The notes under the pieces were generated by a model that saw only the letters and a list, made by a program, of their open reading frames with translations, was not told the origin of the DNA and ran no database searches. Positions 51,800-64,000 of a DNA stretch of 64,000 nucleotides are shown here, one piece after another. Within the stretch, counting starts at the first letter, position 1. Every line of letters starts with the position of its first letter. The position numbers and the translations under genes were made by a program. Source of the stretch: Macrostomum lignano (Eukaryota); the NCBI GenBank assembly GCA_002269645.1, contig NIVC01002878.1, positions 1 through 64,000 of the forward strand, written 5' to 3'.

Positions 51800-52916
51800 C
51801 ATTTTGTGTGCCACAAAGACTAAGTACGATGCCAGCAGTAGGCCTTTATATAATATTGATATAATATTAGTATATCAAGCAATATTGCTTATATAAAGCA
51901 ATATTATATAATTTGCTTTATACAAAGTATAAACTATGTAGCTTAAATTTTAATTAAAAAAAGTCATTTTATAATAAAATAAAATATTATTGTTTGACAG
52001 GCTGAAAAATGAAAAATTAGATGTCTTAGATCTCAGGGATTCTAGGCCCTAGCTGCCAGCAGACGAAAAGGCATCAAACTAAATGATTGCGAACTGAATC
52101 ATAGTGTGTTAGGGGCCTAATCTGTTCAAATATTAGAAATATTATATGCAATGAATAGGCCTGAAAAGTATTTATGATTAGGCCTAGGCCTTTAAGCAGA
52201 TAAAGTTAAAGTTAGGGCCTAGTATTATAAATTTAGGCCTAGGGCCTAAGTAGCAAGATCAATATTTTGAAATATTTTGATTAAGTAAAAAATTCTCAAG
52301 ACAACTATCTTGAATAAATAGTTGTTGCTATTACACCTATCATATATTTTAATAAAAAACTATTAATTTCTAGTTTAAAGCACTCAATATTAGGCCTAGC
52401 TTCTAATAGAATCTTATTCTAAATATAGTCATATAGAAAAATCGGAAGAATAAAAACTTAATAGCATAACTTAATAGGAGGCTAGGTCTAAGTGCTTAAT
52501 GGTAAAAGTATCTAACTTATACTAGGATATACTATGATCTTTGGCTTAATTTTAAAGGCAACTGCATTGTAGAAAAATTTTTGCCAAGTTAGGGGCTTAT
52601 TATATAATTGTTCATATATATTAGTATAAAGTTCAACCTAAAGCAAATAGAAATTTATATAACTGACAATTAGAATGTGTCTGCACTCTGCATCATAGTA
52701 TCTATATATATTTGTCTATATAGCAATGAATTAGCCAAGACAATATTTGCAAAAACTCACAACCATTCTATAATATTTGTTATTAGTATTATTAACTATT
52801 TATCATTATTTTATAAATCTTTAGCATAAAATAAATGCGTATATTTATTAACAAAGTATATCAAAATCTAATTGATAATTTTTTCTGCAAAAAATTCTTA
52901 AACTAGCCATAAAACA

Positions 52917-55900
52917 ATGTCAGAATTTAAAGAAAATAAAAGTGAGCATGGCCTACTAGAGAATAATCAAAGCAGGTCAAAGCAATTGGAGGTAAGCATT
53001 GTCTGTTAGGTCAGCTTGTCATTTGATATTTAGGTTCACCAAGTATTCAATATTGATTCTCTTATTGATCCCTAGTAGAATCTACAGTGGCCATACTTTA
53101 TCTTTCTCTCAATTCCTTCTTGTCTTAGTGGATTCTACAATCTCATTTAGTGATTCTCTTATCTCTTATGGGGGTTGTAGCCCAGTGGTTAGAGCATTCT
53201 AGACTCACAACTTAAAGGTTGGGGGTTCGATTCTTGACTCACTTGGAACAATTTGTGTTCTTAAGCAAGACACTTTACTCTACATTACTTCAGTTCACCC
53301 AGCTATAAAATGGGTGCCAGCATTAGCTGGGGTAATTGAGGGTGTGTGTGGCCTGTGGCGACCCACCAGTCCTTGGACTGAACAGCTGTATGCAGCCTTC
53401 AGATGCATTGAGGAATAGGGCATTAGGGCAGGTGTAATAAATTATAATTTATTATCTAACTGTAGATTCTCTAATTTCACTCATGGATTCTCTCATCTCA
53501 CCCTTTGTTGGATTCTATTATCTACCTGTGGATTCTCAAATCTCACCTGTAGATTCTCTAATCTCATCCTGGATTCTCTTATCTACCTGTAGATTCTCTA
53601 ATCTCACATGTGGATTCTCTTATCTACTTGTAGATTCTTTAATCTCACCCTGGATTCTCTTCTCCCTAGAAATCTATTCTCATCTATGAATTCTCTTATC
53701 TCAGCCTAGATTCTTCTGTATTATTCTCTAGACTAAGAGTGACTCTAAATTACGACCTCACGCCTTCAGGCCTTCAATCATCACTGTCAACTGGAGCAGC
53801 TGCCAACCGAGTTGCTAACCAGGATTTTATCCGAGCTAGACCAGGCCACCCTTGGCCGATGTGCTCAGCTGAACAAGCAATGGCGTCAGCTCACTGCTCA
53901 GCCCCTTCTATGGCGCAACAGTATTCGAATTCGAGCTCAAACCATTATTGACAGTCCAACTCCGGTTAACCAGCTGTCGTATTGGACATCTTTCTGTTCA
54001 TCGGCCAGTATTCAACAGCTGCATTTTGAGTTATGCAGCTCGGATGCTGAGTACAACAGGCGCAGTGTACAACTGCTCAACACGTTTCTCAGCAACTCGC
54101 CCTGTCTGCAGGCTCTGACTATCCAAGGATTCGATGGAATGCCTACTGAAGAGCAAAATCCGCTAGTAGTTCTGGGGCAATCCTGTTCTCAGCTTTGTAC
54201 TTTAAAATTGATTCGTTTTGGCAGAGATCTGCTGACTGAGGAATCCGTGACCGCTTTAAACGAAGGCTGTTTGGAACTTGTCGATTTGGAGTTTCGTCAG
54301 AGTGTCCTAGCTGGACCGGACTCCAATCCACTGCCGCTACCTCAGCTGGCATCTCTGTTTAGCCGGTTGACGCGGCTGAACTTTCTGCATGAAGCTACGT
54401 TTCCTTTGTTTCTGGACGAAATGGTTGATGGTACTAGTATTCGCGAGCTTGTCTTGAATGCCAGCGATCTGTGCTATGATGGTTGGTGTTAATTGCTATT
54501 TTTTTCATTACAAATGCTTTATGAGATTTTCTAACCTAGAGTTTTTTTTAAACTAATGTACTCTTATATGATCATTATCATAATCTAGGGAATTCCTCAT
54601 CTGGCAGCTCTAGGATTTCCTATCGGGAAATTTCCCACCTAAGCGATATCCCATCTAGGATATTTTTTCACCTAGGAAATTTCCTACCTCTTGGATTTCC
54701 AACTAAGGGATTTCCCACCAGGGATTTTCCACCTAGGGGATTTACAACTACGGGATTTCCCACCTAGATGATTTCCCACCAGGGATTTTCCACCTAGGTA
54801 ATTTCCCACCAGGGGATTTCCCACCTAGGGGATTTCCCACCAGGGATTTTCCACCTAGGTAATTTCCCACCAGGGGATTTCCCACCTAGGGGATTTCCAA
54901 CGAAGGGATTTTCCACCTAGGTAATTTCCCACCAAGGATTTTCCACGTAGGGGATTTCTAACTAAGGGATTTCCCACCAGGGATTTTCTACGTAGGGGAT
55001 TTCCCACCTACGGGATATTCCACCTAACCTGTATGATTTTTCACCCAAAGTATTCCACTTACGGAACTTCCCCTCCAGAAAATTTCCCACTCGGGGGATT
55101 TCCTATCTCTGGGATTTCGACCTAATGGATTTCCCACCTAGGGGATTTCTCACCTAACCTGTATGATTTCTCATCTAGGGGATTCCCACTTAGGGGACTT
55201 CCCCTTTAGGAAGTTTCCCACTCGGGGGATTTTCCACCTTGGTAGTCCCCATTTAAGGGATTTCCCACCAAATGAGATATTTTTGAGAAAAAAAATATAT
55301 TCCCTTAACGCAGAACATTTGCACCGGCTGCTGTCTCTGGCTCCCTACCTGACGACTCTGAAGCTTCAATTCGGCGAGTTCACCGAAAGTCACGCGGGTC
55401 CTCTGGCTTCCGGCTGTCCGAATCTGCAGTCTTTAGTGCTGAAAAATGTCTCGCTATGTATGATTAGCGCAACCGGTTTTGTGGAACTGCTCAATGGCTG
55501 TCCCAAGTTGCGGCGACTCAAGATATCCAGTCATGACGAGCTGGACTCAGAGTGCTATCGCAAAATTGTTGCTAATCTACCCTCGGGCATTGAGGATTTG
55601 AAGCTGCCGAGTTTTCGGAAACTGAGACAGCCGGACTTACAATCGCTACTGCCGCGAGGTCTCAAGAGATTTGAGCTGCCAATTCAAGAGCTTAAACATG
55701 GCTGCATGCGGGGCTTGCTGGTTGGATTGCGACCATGCTCTGGTGAGTAGATTTTTCCAATTTCTCCTATCTCACGCTAGATTCTCCCATCTCACCCTAG
55801 ATTCTCCAATATCACCCTAGATTCTCCAATATCACCCTAGATTCTCCAATATCACCCTAGATTCTCCAATATCACCCTAGATTATCCTATCTCACGCTAG

Positions 55901-57097
55901 ATTCTCCCATCTCACCCTAGATTCTCCAATATCACCCTAGATTCTCCAATATCACCCTAGATTATCCTATCTCACGCTAGATTCTCCCATCTCACCCTAG
56001 ATTCTCCAATATCACCCTAGATTATCCTATCTCACGCTAGATTCTCCTATCTTACTCTTGATTCTCCTATCTCACCCTAGATTATCCTATCTCACCCCAG
56101 ATTTTCCAATCTCACTCTAGATTCTTTTATCTCACCCTAGATTTTTAATCTCACTCTTGAGTTCTCACATCCCACCCTAAATTCTCCTATCTCACGCTAG
56201 ATACTCCTATCTCACCCTAGATTCTCCCATCTCACTCTAGATTCTCGTATTTCACGCTAGATTCTCCTATCTCACGCTAGATACTCTTATCTCACCCTAA
56301 ATTCTCCTATCTCAACCTAGATTATCCTATCTCACCCTAGATTCTCCTATCTCACGCTAGATACTCTTATCTCACCCTAAATTCTCCTATCTCACCCTAG
56401 ATTATCCTATCTCACCCTAGATTCTCCAATCTCACTCTAGATTCTTCTATCTCACTCTCGATTTTTAATCTCACTCTTGAGTTCCCACATCCCACCCTGA
56501 ATTCTCCTATCTCACCCTAGATTATCCTATCTCACCATAGATTCTCCAATCTCACTCTAGATTTTCCCATCTCACCCTGAAATTCATTTATCTAAACGCA
56601 AAGATTTGGGAATCGCTGGCTCACCCATCGCGCAAATCCCTCACTCGCCTACTTCAGACCTGACCAATCTGAACATCAGCGACTGCGATGACAAACTGCT
56701 GTCGGATTTGCTCACCCTGCTGCCCCGCCTGCGTCGCCTCCGCCTCACCAACTGCAATCGCCTGAGCGGCAAAGTGTGGGAAAATCTGCTCAAACGTGGA
56801 GCCACTCAGCCACTGCCTGAGCTGCACGAATTCGCGGCATTGAAGTTTAGCGATGCCAGTCTAAATGACGAATTCGTGGCGAAAATGTGCCACACTCCGG
56901 TTGCTAGGGGCCTCCGCAGGCTAGAGCTGAGCGACTGTCGCAGCCTCACTGACGCTGCCTTGGTCAGCATCGCCGGGGCCTGCCCGCACCTGACTGACCT
57001 GAAGCTGTCGGGTTTACAATTTAACAATTTTGCAAACGGATTGGATCAGTTTCTGAACTCGTATGGAGGTCGGCGAGTCCGCGTGCACAGCGACTGA
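52917..57097 (+). CDS. F-box/leucine-rich repeat protein; exons 52917-52991, 53770-54481, 55314-55742, 56604-57097 (~569 aa)
   Basis: F-box LEQLPTELLTRILSELDQATLGRCAQLNKQWRQL...LW; Cys-containing LRRs (CPNLQSLVL, CPKLRRLKI, LRRLELSDCRSLTD, CPHLTDLKL); GT-AG introns with phases 0,1,1 give an open frame. Confidence 0.9.
53170..53430 (+). mobile_element. tRNA-derived SINE in F-box gene intron 1
   Basis: A box TAGCCCAGTGG, B box GGTTCGATTC, then a CORE/Nin-like segment GCAAGACACTTTA...CAGTTCACCCAGCTATAAAATGGGT. Confidence 0.7.
53455..53730. repeat. Degenerate ~20-bp minisatellite (TAGATTCTCTAATCTCACCC-like)
   Basis: Same family as 55765-56580. Confidence 0.75.
54595..55275. repeat. Short-period intronic repeat (GGGATTTTCCACCTA / GATTTCCCACCA variants)
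   Basis: Direct reading. Confidence 0.88.
55765..56580. repeat. 20-bp intronic minisatellite (TAGATTCTCCAATATCACCC variants), ~40 units
   Basis: Direct reading. Confidence 0.95.
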
Positions 57098-57269
57098 TTC
57101 TGGCGTTTGACTGTGCTGGGCGATCTTTTTTGCTCAAATTATAATTACCTTTTTTATGCGTTTTTGACTGTGAACTTTTGTAACTGGCAGTTTTACGTAT
57201 TGCTGCATTTCTTGTACTTTGTGTGATCAATAACTGACGCTTTGTTGTTTCTCACGATTATACCTGGAA

Positions 57270-57745
57270 GAGGGGCGATTTTTCCTTGAGATGCTAAAGG
57301 GGCAATTTTTTCTAAGATAGAGAAAAAGCGATTTTTCTTTAAGATGGTTGTTTAAAGGGCGATTTTTCTCCCCAAGATAGTTGAAGGGCGATTCCCCCCC
57401 CCCCCAAGATAGTTGAAGGGCGATTTTTCCCCAATATGGTTAGTTGAAGGGCGATTTTTCCCAAGACGGTTAGTTGAAGGGCGATTTTTCCCCAAGATGG
57501 TTAGGTAAAGGGCGATTTTTCCCCAAGACGGTTATTTGAAGGGCGATTTTTCCCCAATATGTTTAGTTGAAGGGCGATTTTTCCCCCAAGATAGCTAGTT
57601 GAAGGGCGATTTTTCCCCCAAGACGGTTAGTTGAAGGGCAATTTTTCCCCAAGATAGTTAGTTGAAGGGCGATTTTTCCCCAATAAGTTTAGTTGAAGGG
57701 CGATTTTTTTTCAAGATGGTTGGTTGAAGGGCGATTTTTTCCACA
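57270..57745. repeat. ~31-bp minisatellite (GAAGGGCGATTTTTCCCCAAGATGGTTAGTT)
   Basis: Direct reading. Confidence 0.9.
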
Positions 57746-58476
57746 GGTCAGAAGAGCAATCTTCCCAAAATTACCAATAATTTTGGACTTTTACCAATAG
57801 AGATTAAAATAGCGATTTTCCAAGAAAGAGTCGAGTTCTTTTAGTCAGTGACAAAGCATTTTTCTGTTGTGCAAGGGCTACCGTCTTTTGGAGGTGATCT
57901 GAGCCTGTGCTCTAACAAATGAGGATCAGATTTTGCGCGCAAACTTGTATTTTTTACTACATACTACTTGTCGCACCTATTCTCTCAAGTAGTATGATCG
58001 CATTTGTATCCTTTAATTTCGATAATTTTCAGTATTTTATGCACCAAATAGAACTTAAATAAATGAAAATAGTAACAAAATAAAAACCAGCTTTCAATAT
58101 TTTCGAATAAACATGCACAGAAGACATCAAGAAAGTTTTTTGAACTTTTTTTCTTCAAATTAATACCACTTTGAAATTGCATGAAAGGTCGTTGCACCGT
58201 TTCGTTTGATGATTAATAATTGTATAAATAATATCCTCAAATATTATTTATAGACTTCAACACTTATTTAACAATATTTAGAAAATCAAAAAGTGTCAAG
58301 CAAATGTATCGATAAAAATCAATTTTTAAGAACCAAAAATTCAAGCTTGAAGCAAGCAAACAGAAATTTCTGCGGATTAATGAAATTACAGACAAAGTGG
58401 AGATCTTTCGTTTATTGACAATTAGAAACTATAAATACGGGAAATTGTCTGGAGTAAATGGAGAATACTCTGGAGC

Positions 58477-59631
58477 GTGCAAGATTGACTCCCAATAAAT
58501 AATTGGTGCAAGATTGACTTTCAATCAATAATTGGTGCAAGATTGACTCCCAATCAATAATTGGTGCAAGATTGACTCCCAATAAATAATTGGTGCAAGA
58601 TTGACTTTCAATCAATAATTGGTGCAAGATTGACTCCCGATCAATAATTGGTGCAAGATTGACTCCCAATCAATAATTGGTGCAAGATTGACTCCCAATC
58701 AATAATTGGTGCAAGATTGACTCCCAATCAATAATTGGTGCGAGATTGACTCCCAATAAACAATTGGTGCAAGATTGACTTTCAATCAATAATTGGTGCA
58801 AGATTGACTCCCAATCAATAATTGTTGCAAGATTGACTCCCAATCAATAATTGGTGCAAGATTGACTCCCAATCAATAATTGGTGCAAGATTGACTCCCA
58901 ATCAATAATTGGTGCAAGATTGATTCCTAATCAATAATTGGTGCAAGATTGATTCCCAATCAATAATTGGTGCAAGATTGACTCCCAATCAATAATTGGT
59001 GCAAGATTGATTCCCAATCAATAATTGGTGCAAGATGGACTCCTAATCAATAATTGGTGCAAGATGGACTCCTAATCAATAATTGGTGCAAGATTGACTC
59101 CCAATCAATAATTGGTGCAAGATTGACTCCCAATCAATAATTGGTGCAAGATTGACTCCCAATCAATAATTGGTGCGAGATTGACTCCCAATAAACAATT
59201 GGTGCAAGATTGACTTTCAATCAATAATTGGTGCAAGATTGATTCCCAATCAATAATTGGTGCAAGATTGATTCCCAATCAATAATTGGTGCAAGATTGA
59301 TTCCCAATCAATAATTGGTGCAAGATTGATTCCCAATCAATAATTGGTGCAAGATGGACTCCCAATCAATAATTGGTGCAAGATTGATTCCCAATCAATA
59401 ATTGGTGCAAGATTGATTCCCAATCAATAATTGGTGCAAGATTGATTCCCAATCAATAATTGGTGCAAGGTTGATTCCCAATCAATAATTGGTGCAAGAT
59501 GGACTCCTAATCAATAATTGGTGCAAGATTGATTCCCAATCAATAATTGGTGCAAGATTGATTCCCAATCAATAATTGGTGCAAGATTGATTCCCAATCA
59601 ATAATTGGTGCAAGATTGATTCCCAATCAAT
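58477..59631. repeat. 29-bp minisatellite (AATCAATAATTGGTGCAAGATTGACTCCC), ~40 units
   Basis: Period 29 measured directly; no spacers. Confidence 0.97.
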
Positions 59632-60169
59632 ATTTTGGAATTCGGTATTTAAAACAGTTGAATTATTACGAATAATAAATATGATTTACGAGCGTAGCTA
59701 CTGCATTAAATCCAGTTTTTTAAAATAATTAATTTACACCAAAAAAATAACTAAGCGGACAGTTAAAACAAAAACTAAACGCACCAAAATAACAGTGAGC
59801 ACATACACAAAAGAGTTCTCTTATACAATTTACTAATTAGCAATAAGAATAACAACATGCTTAATTAACATCTAATTATCCTTGTTCTTCACATGTATAA
59901 AGTATTGCATTTTGTAAGCTTTTGAATTGCAATGTCAAGAAATGGAACATTAATAAAATGGTGACGTCATGCAGACAGGAGGGGGTAAGGAGAATTAATG
60001 CAAGCAAATCAATATTTCAGTAATTAATGAATGAGTTCTCCCCATGACAACTTCAGGCTACTAAATAACAATAATTTTTACACGCATTTACACACAATGA
60101 GACACTCAGATATCGTAGTGCGCTAAAATCAGAAACAATTTTATACAGTGGTACATTCTACTTATTGAT

Positions 60170-60460
60170 GGGGAAGCTTCAGTAGATTCTACTACAGTTT
60201 CGGTAGTTTAGTGGGTAGACTCCACTACACAATGGGTAGTTTATGGGTGGATTCTATCTACAGATTCGTTAGTTTAAGGGTAGACTCCACTACAGAATGG
60301 GTAGTTTATGGGTAGACTCCACTACAGAATGGGTAGTTTATGGGTAGACTCCACTACAGAATGGGTAGTTTATGGGTAGACTCCCACTACAGAATGGGTA
60401 GTTTATGGGTAGACTCCACTACAGAATGGGTACCAGGTAGTTTATGGGTAGATTCTATCT
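60170..60460. repeat. ~32-bp tandem repeat (GGGTAGTTTATGGGTAGACTCCACTACAGAAT)
   Basis: Direct reading. Confidence 0.9.
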
Positions 60461-60581
60461 ACAATGCATGAAATATATTATTACCACTTAAGCTCGCACA
60501 TAACTATCATAATTCAGTAATGCTTAGCAAACATAAAAAGCAATTCAGCATAACAAAATATCACACATCTTAAGCAATCGA

Positions 60582-62155
60582 TCAGATATAGTGAGGAGCC
60601 TCCTGCCCAGTCAGCAATCTGAAGATCGATGTCGGCATGGTTTTCATGTGAATCTCGCCAACCCCGGAGGCCAGCATAGCAACAATGCGGTCGTGCGGAG
60701 TGGCCACCACAGACTGGCCGTTAATCTCGATAATCCGGTGCCCGACTCGAACCCCGCCCCGCTCGGCAATGCCGCCTCTCAGCAGGGAACAAATCACGCC
60801 ATTCTGAACGCTGAATCCCAACTGGAATTTCACATCCGGCCGTCGGATCAGGACTTCAACAACTGGCGGGCAGGACACCAGGCGAACTTTCACAGCCGTG
60901 TTGGATTTGCAAGCTCGAACATGCTGCTGGCACGTAGCCAGGGGCAGGCCAACCAGACTGACTCCGTTGATGGCAAGCATCTGGTCGCCAATGTTCAGCT
61001 GGCCGCAGCGAGCGGCAGGACCGGAGGGCTGCATGTTGGCCAGGACCACAGTGGGCAGCATGGAGCCCCAACCGCTCTCCACTATCACTACGCCCAGCGG
61101 TTCGCCTTTGGTTTTGGGCACTACAACTTCTTTCTGGGTTTCAGATCGGCTGAATAGAGCCAGTTCCTCGCCAATGATGTCCTGCTGGTTGAGCACATCT
61201 TGGTAGTCCATGTCTCTGAGCTGGTAGCCGGGGTCTTCGATGCCGTTGGCGCGTAGGAATTCCATGTAGGCCACTTGGAAGGCCTGGCCAATCGATTGGG
61301 CAACCAGCTGGGCCTGCGAGTTGTTTTAAATTTGGGCCAGGAAATTTGGTTGGCAATATGCGCTGAATGCACTACTGATAGGGGCAAAGAGGGGTTTTGT
61401 GCTTATTTTTATTGGCAAATGCTGAATATTTTTCGGAAATTTTGAAAATGTTCCTATTGTAAAGGGCAACTGAGGATCTGGGATGCTGGCCCAGAAACTG
61501 AGGATCTGGTAGGCTGGCCCAGAAACTGAGGGTCTGGGAGACTGGCTTAGCATCTGAGGATCTGGGAGGCTGGCCTAGAAACTGAGGATCTGGGAGGCTG
61601 GCCCAGCAACTGAGGATCTGGGAGACTGGCCCAGCAACTGAGGATCTGGGAGGCTGGCCTAGAAAATGAGGGTCTGGGAGGCTGGCCTAGAAAATGAGGG
61701 TCTGGGAGGCTGGCCCAGCAACTGAGGATCTGGAAGTCTGGTGGCGCTGCAAGGGAGGATCTGGGAGGCTGGTGGTTCAGTAACTGAGGATGTGGGACCA
61801 GAATCAAAACGCACCATAAAACCAATCAGGCTAAACACACACAAAGGGTCATTCACCTCGTCAGTCTCAAACACGTGGCAGACAATTTTTGTCTGTCGCC
61901 GTTCGCTCTGCTGCACGAAGCGCCGCCTGGCCATGAACACCAGCACGTTGCCGATGTCGGCGATGTAGGAGATGGTCTTGAGCGCATGGTCCATCATGAT
62001 CTCCTGCAGGTTGGTGTTCAGCACCATGATCTTCTCGGTTGAGATGAACAGGTCGACTGGGACGCAGGGCTGATGCTCCCCGTCTGGTGCCTGCGGGACG
62101 GTGCGCGCGGAGGAGCTCCGTGAGCCTCACAGCATTGCAGCAGTAAGGGAGATGC

Positions 62156-62224
<69 letters not shown>

Positions 62225-62275
62225 AACAGACAGACAGACAGACAGACACAGACAGACAGAGACAGAGACAGGCAC

Positions 62276-62321
<46 letters not shown>

Positions 62322-62390
62322 GCACAGACAGACAGTCAGACACACAGACAGACACACAGACAGACACACAGACAGTCAGTCAGTCAGACA

Positions 62391-62424
<34 letters not shown>

Positions 62425-62463
62425 AAGACAGACAGACAGACAGACAGAGACAGAGACAGGCAC

Positions 62464-62508
<45 letters not shown>

Positions 62509-62523
62509 GACAGAGACAGGCAC

Positions 62524-62568
<45 letters not shown>

Positions 62569-63811
62569 TAGACAGGCAGGCAGACAGAGGATAGACAGAC
62601 AGTCAGACACACAGACAGACACACAGACAGACACACAGACAGTCAGTCAGTCAGGCACACAGTCAGACACACAGTCAGACACACAGACAGTCAGTCAGGC
62701 AGGCACACAGGCACATAGACAGTCAGTCAGTCAGACACACAGACAGACTCACCTTAATCCGGCCCACAGCCTCCTGAGCCTGGGCCATCCTAGTAGACTT
62801 GCTGGGCTGTCCCTCCGAGAGCAGCTGAGTGGAGCCCAGGTACAGGGCCCGAAACAGCAGGCCCTCAATAAGCACCGTAGGCTGGTCCGGGTGACGCACG
62901 GCCACTTTGGGAGGATGAGAAGAGTAAAGTGTAAAGTACGAATACTATCAGCATATATTAATAAGCCTTTCTATTGTGTTTTATTGCAAAGACGAACAGT
63001 TTATCTCAGCCATCTATATTACGTAATAAGGCAACATACAAAAACAAAGAGTTTAAGGATGCAGGATATTGCACACAAGTACTGACTGTGACACAATTAT
63101 ACGGCAGCGGTGAAGGCAGTGTGGCACCAGAAACAGGGGGTGCATAGAGGTACCGCATCACAAGCATAATCAAGTTCCGCATAATGCACAAAGACCATAT
63201 TCCTAGTTAATGGTAGAAAGGCAACAAAGTGTTTACAAAGATCATTAATAACACGGATGCACAACTTTTAAGCTTATTTTTGTGACACTATAACCACCAT
63301 ATTTTGTTTGTCTAGCCTTTAAAGCTACTGATTTTTTGAAGTAAGTAGTATCATTAGACTATTTCTATAATATTGATTGCCAGCTTAATGCAGAGAGAAA
63401 ATCATAAACAGCCAATATAAAAAACTTTATATAAAAAACTTACTTTCTTGATTGGCGAATGTTGAGATAGAAGCAAACGTTGTGTGGGTTTTAAGAGAGG
63501 GTCGGGGTAAAATACTAAGAAATAAATGAAACAATATGTTAGTTTATGCTGCTACTATATTAGTAAAACATTTAAATAACAGAAAAAATGTTGCATGCTT
63601 ATTAAATGTTAATAATTATGTATTATTTATTATCAAATAAATTCTTTCTAGCTTCAAGTATCCAGACACGACTACTCACCTTCTCTGCCTCTGTCTTTGC
63701 GCTGATCTTCAAAGCTGCGCTTGTCAGCCTGCAGTTCGGGTATTTCAACCCGCCTGTCGGATTCGTATTGCTTCTGCATCAGGCCTTCCGTGTCGCCATC
63801 GCTGTCGTATT
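60582..63811 (-). CDS. APBA: X11/Mint/LIN-10 adaptor (PTB + 2 PDZ); exons ~63811-63680 (start uncertain), 62904-62753, 62090-61857, 61313-60582
   Basis: [17 protein letters not shown]...[32 protein letters not shown]-like [63 protein letters not shown]; GT-AG phases consistent. Confidence 0.95.
61467..61798. repeat. 28-bp intronic minisatellite (ACTGAGGATCTGGGAGGCTGGCCCAGCA)
   Basis: Direct reading; reverse complement family of 1313-1454. Confidence 0.92.
62155..62748. repeat. Compound (GACA)n microsatellite in an APBA intron
   Basis: Direct reading. Confidence 0.97.
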
Positions 63812-64000
63812 CTGTTTGATGAATTTCAATTTTAACAGATTTGCCGGATTATTGAAATATACGTTTTGTATTACTTGTAAGGTAGTTAGTTGTTTAGTTA
63901 GTGAGTCAGTGAGGATATAGACAGTAATGCCTATTTATTCCACTTTTATGAAGAAATATAAGTGACACTCTGACAATTCCTTCCTCTTATCATATTCTTC

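Noticed and set aside
53170-53245. Functional tRNA gene
   Set aside because: A and B boxes are present but no acceptor-stem pairing or clean cloverleaf, and it continues into a SINE-like body
55163-55313. N-terminal extension of the 55163-55750 ORF
   Set aside because: Lies in the intronic repeat upstream of the acceptor at 55313; the real exon starts at 55314
58477-59631. 29-bp array as a CRISPR array
   Set aside because: Head-to-tail units with no unique spacers, eukaryotic context and no cas genes
61867-62636. CLSV/RQTD repeat ORFs
   Set aside because: Translations of the (GACA)n microsatellite in an APBA intron

Overview
Eukaryotic (invertebrate animal) genomic DNA with spliced genes, very long GATA microsatellites and many minisatellites. 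This composition resembles a free-living flatworm such as Macrostomum, which is inference only. Host genes: a VWA + DUF4537-like gene with 3 frameshifts (1571-4242, -), an orphan TMEM209-like exon, a Shaker/Kv1-type K+ channel (14693-16710, +), a 4-exon polypeptide GalNAc-transferase (18149-21339, -), three tandem secreted PAN/Apple-domain genes (one split by a CACTA/EnSpm-like element), an F-box/LRR gene (52917-57097, +) and the 3' part of an X11/Mint/APBA gene (-). Mobile DNA: a near-intact RTE LINE embedded in GATA arrays, a solo LTR inside a 15-bp minisatellite, Gypsy and pogo remnants, a tRNA-derived SINE, MITE-like elements and a cox1 NUMT. The most striking element is a Gypsy-type LTR retroelement (39647-45951, -) with the order gag-ENV-pol. 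A glycoprotein with an internal signal peptide, a furin site, a TM anchor and herpes gB-like (class III fusogen) motifs lies in frame directly after Gag and before the protease. Second most striking is the Kv1 channel, whose S4 gating arginines R2 and R3 are both histidine. All homology calls are by-eye motif recognition; no searches were run.
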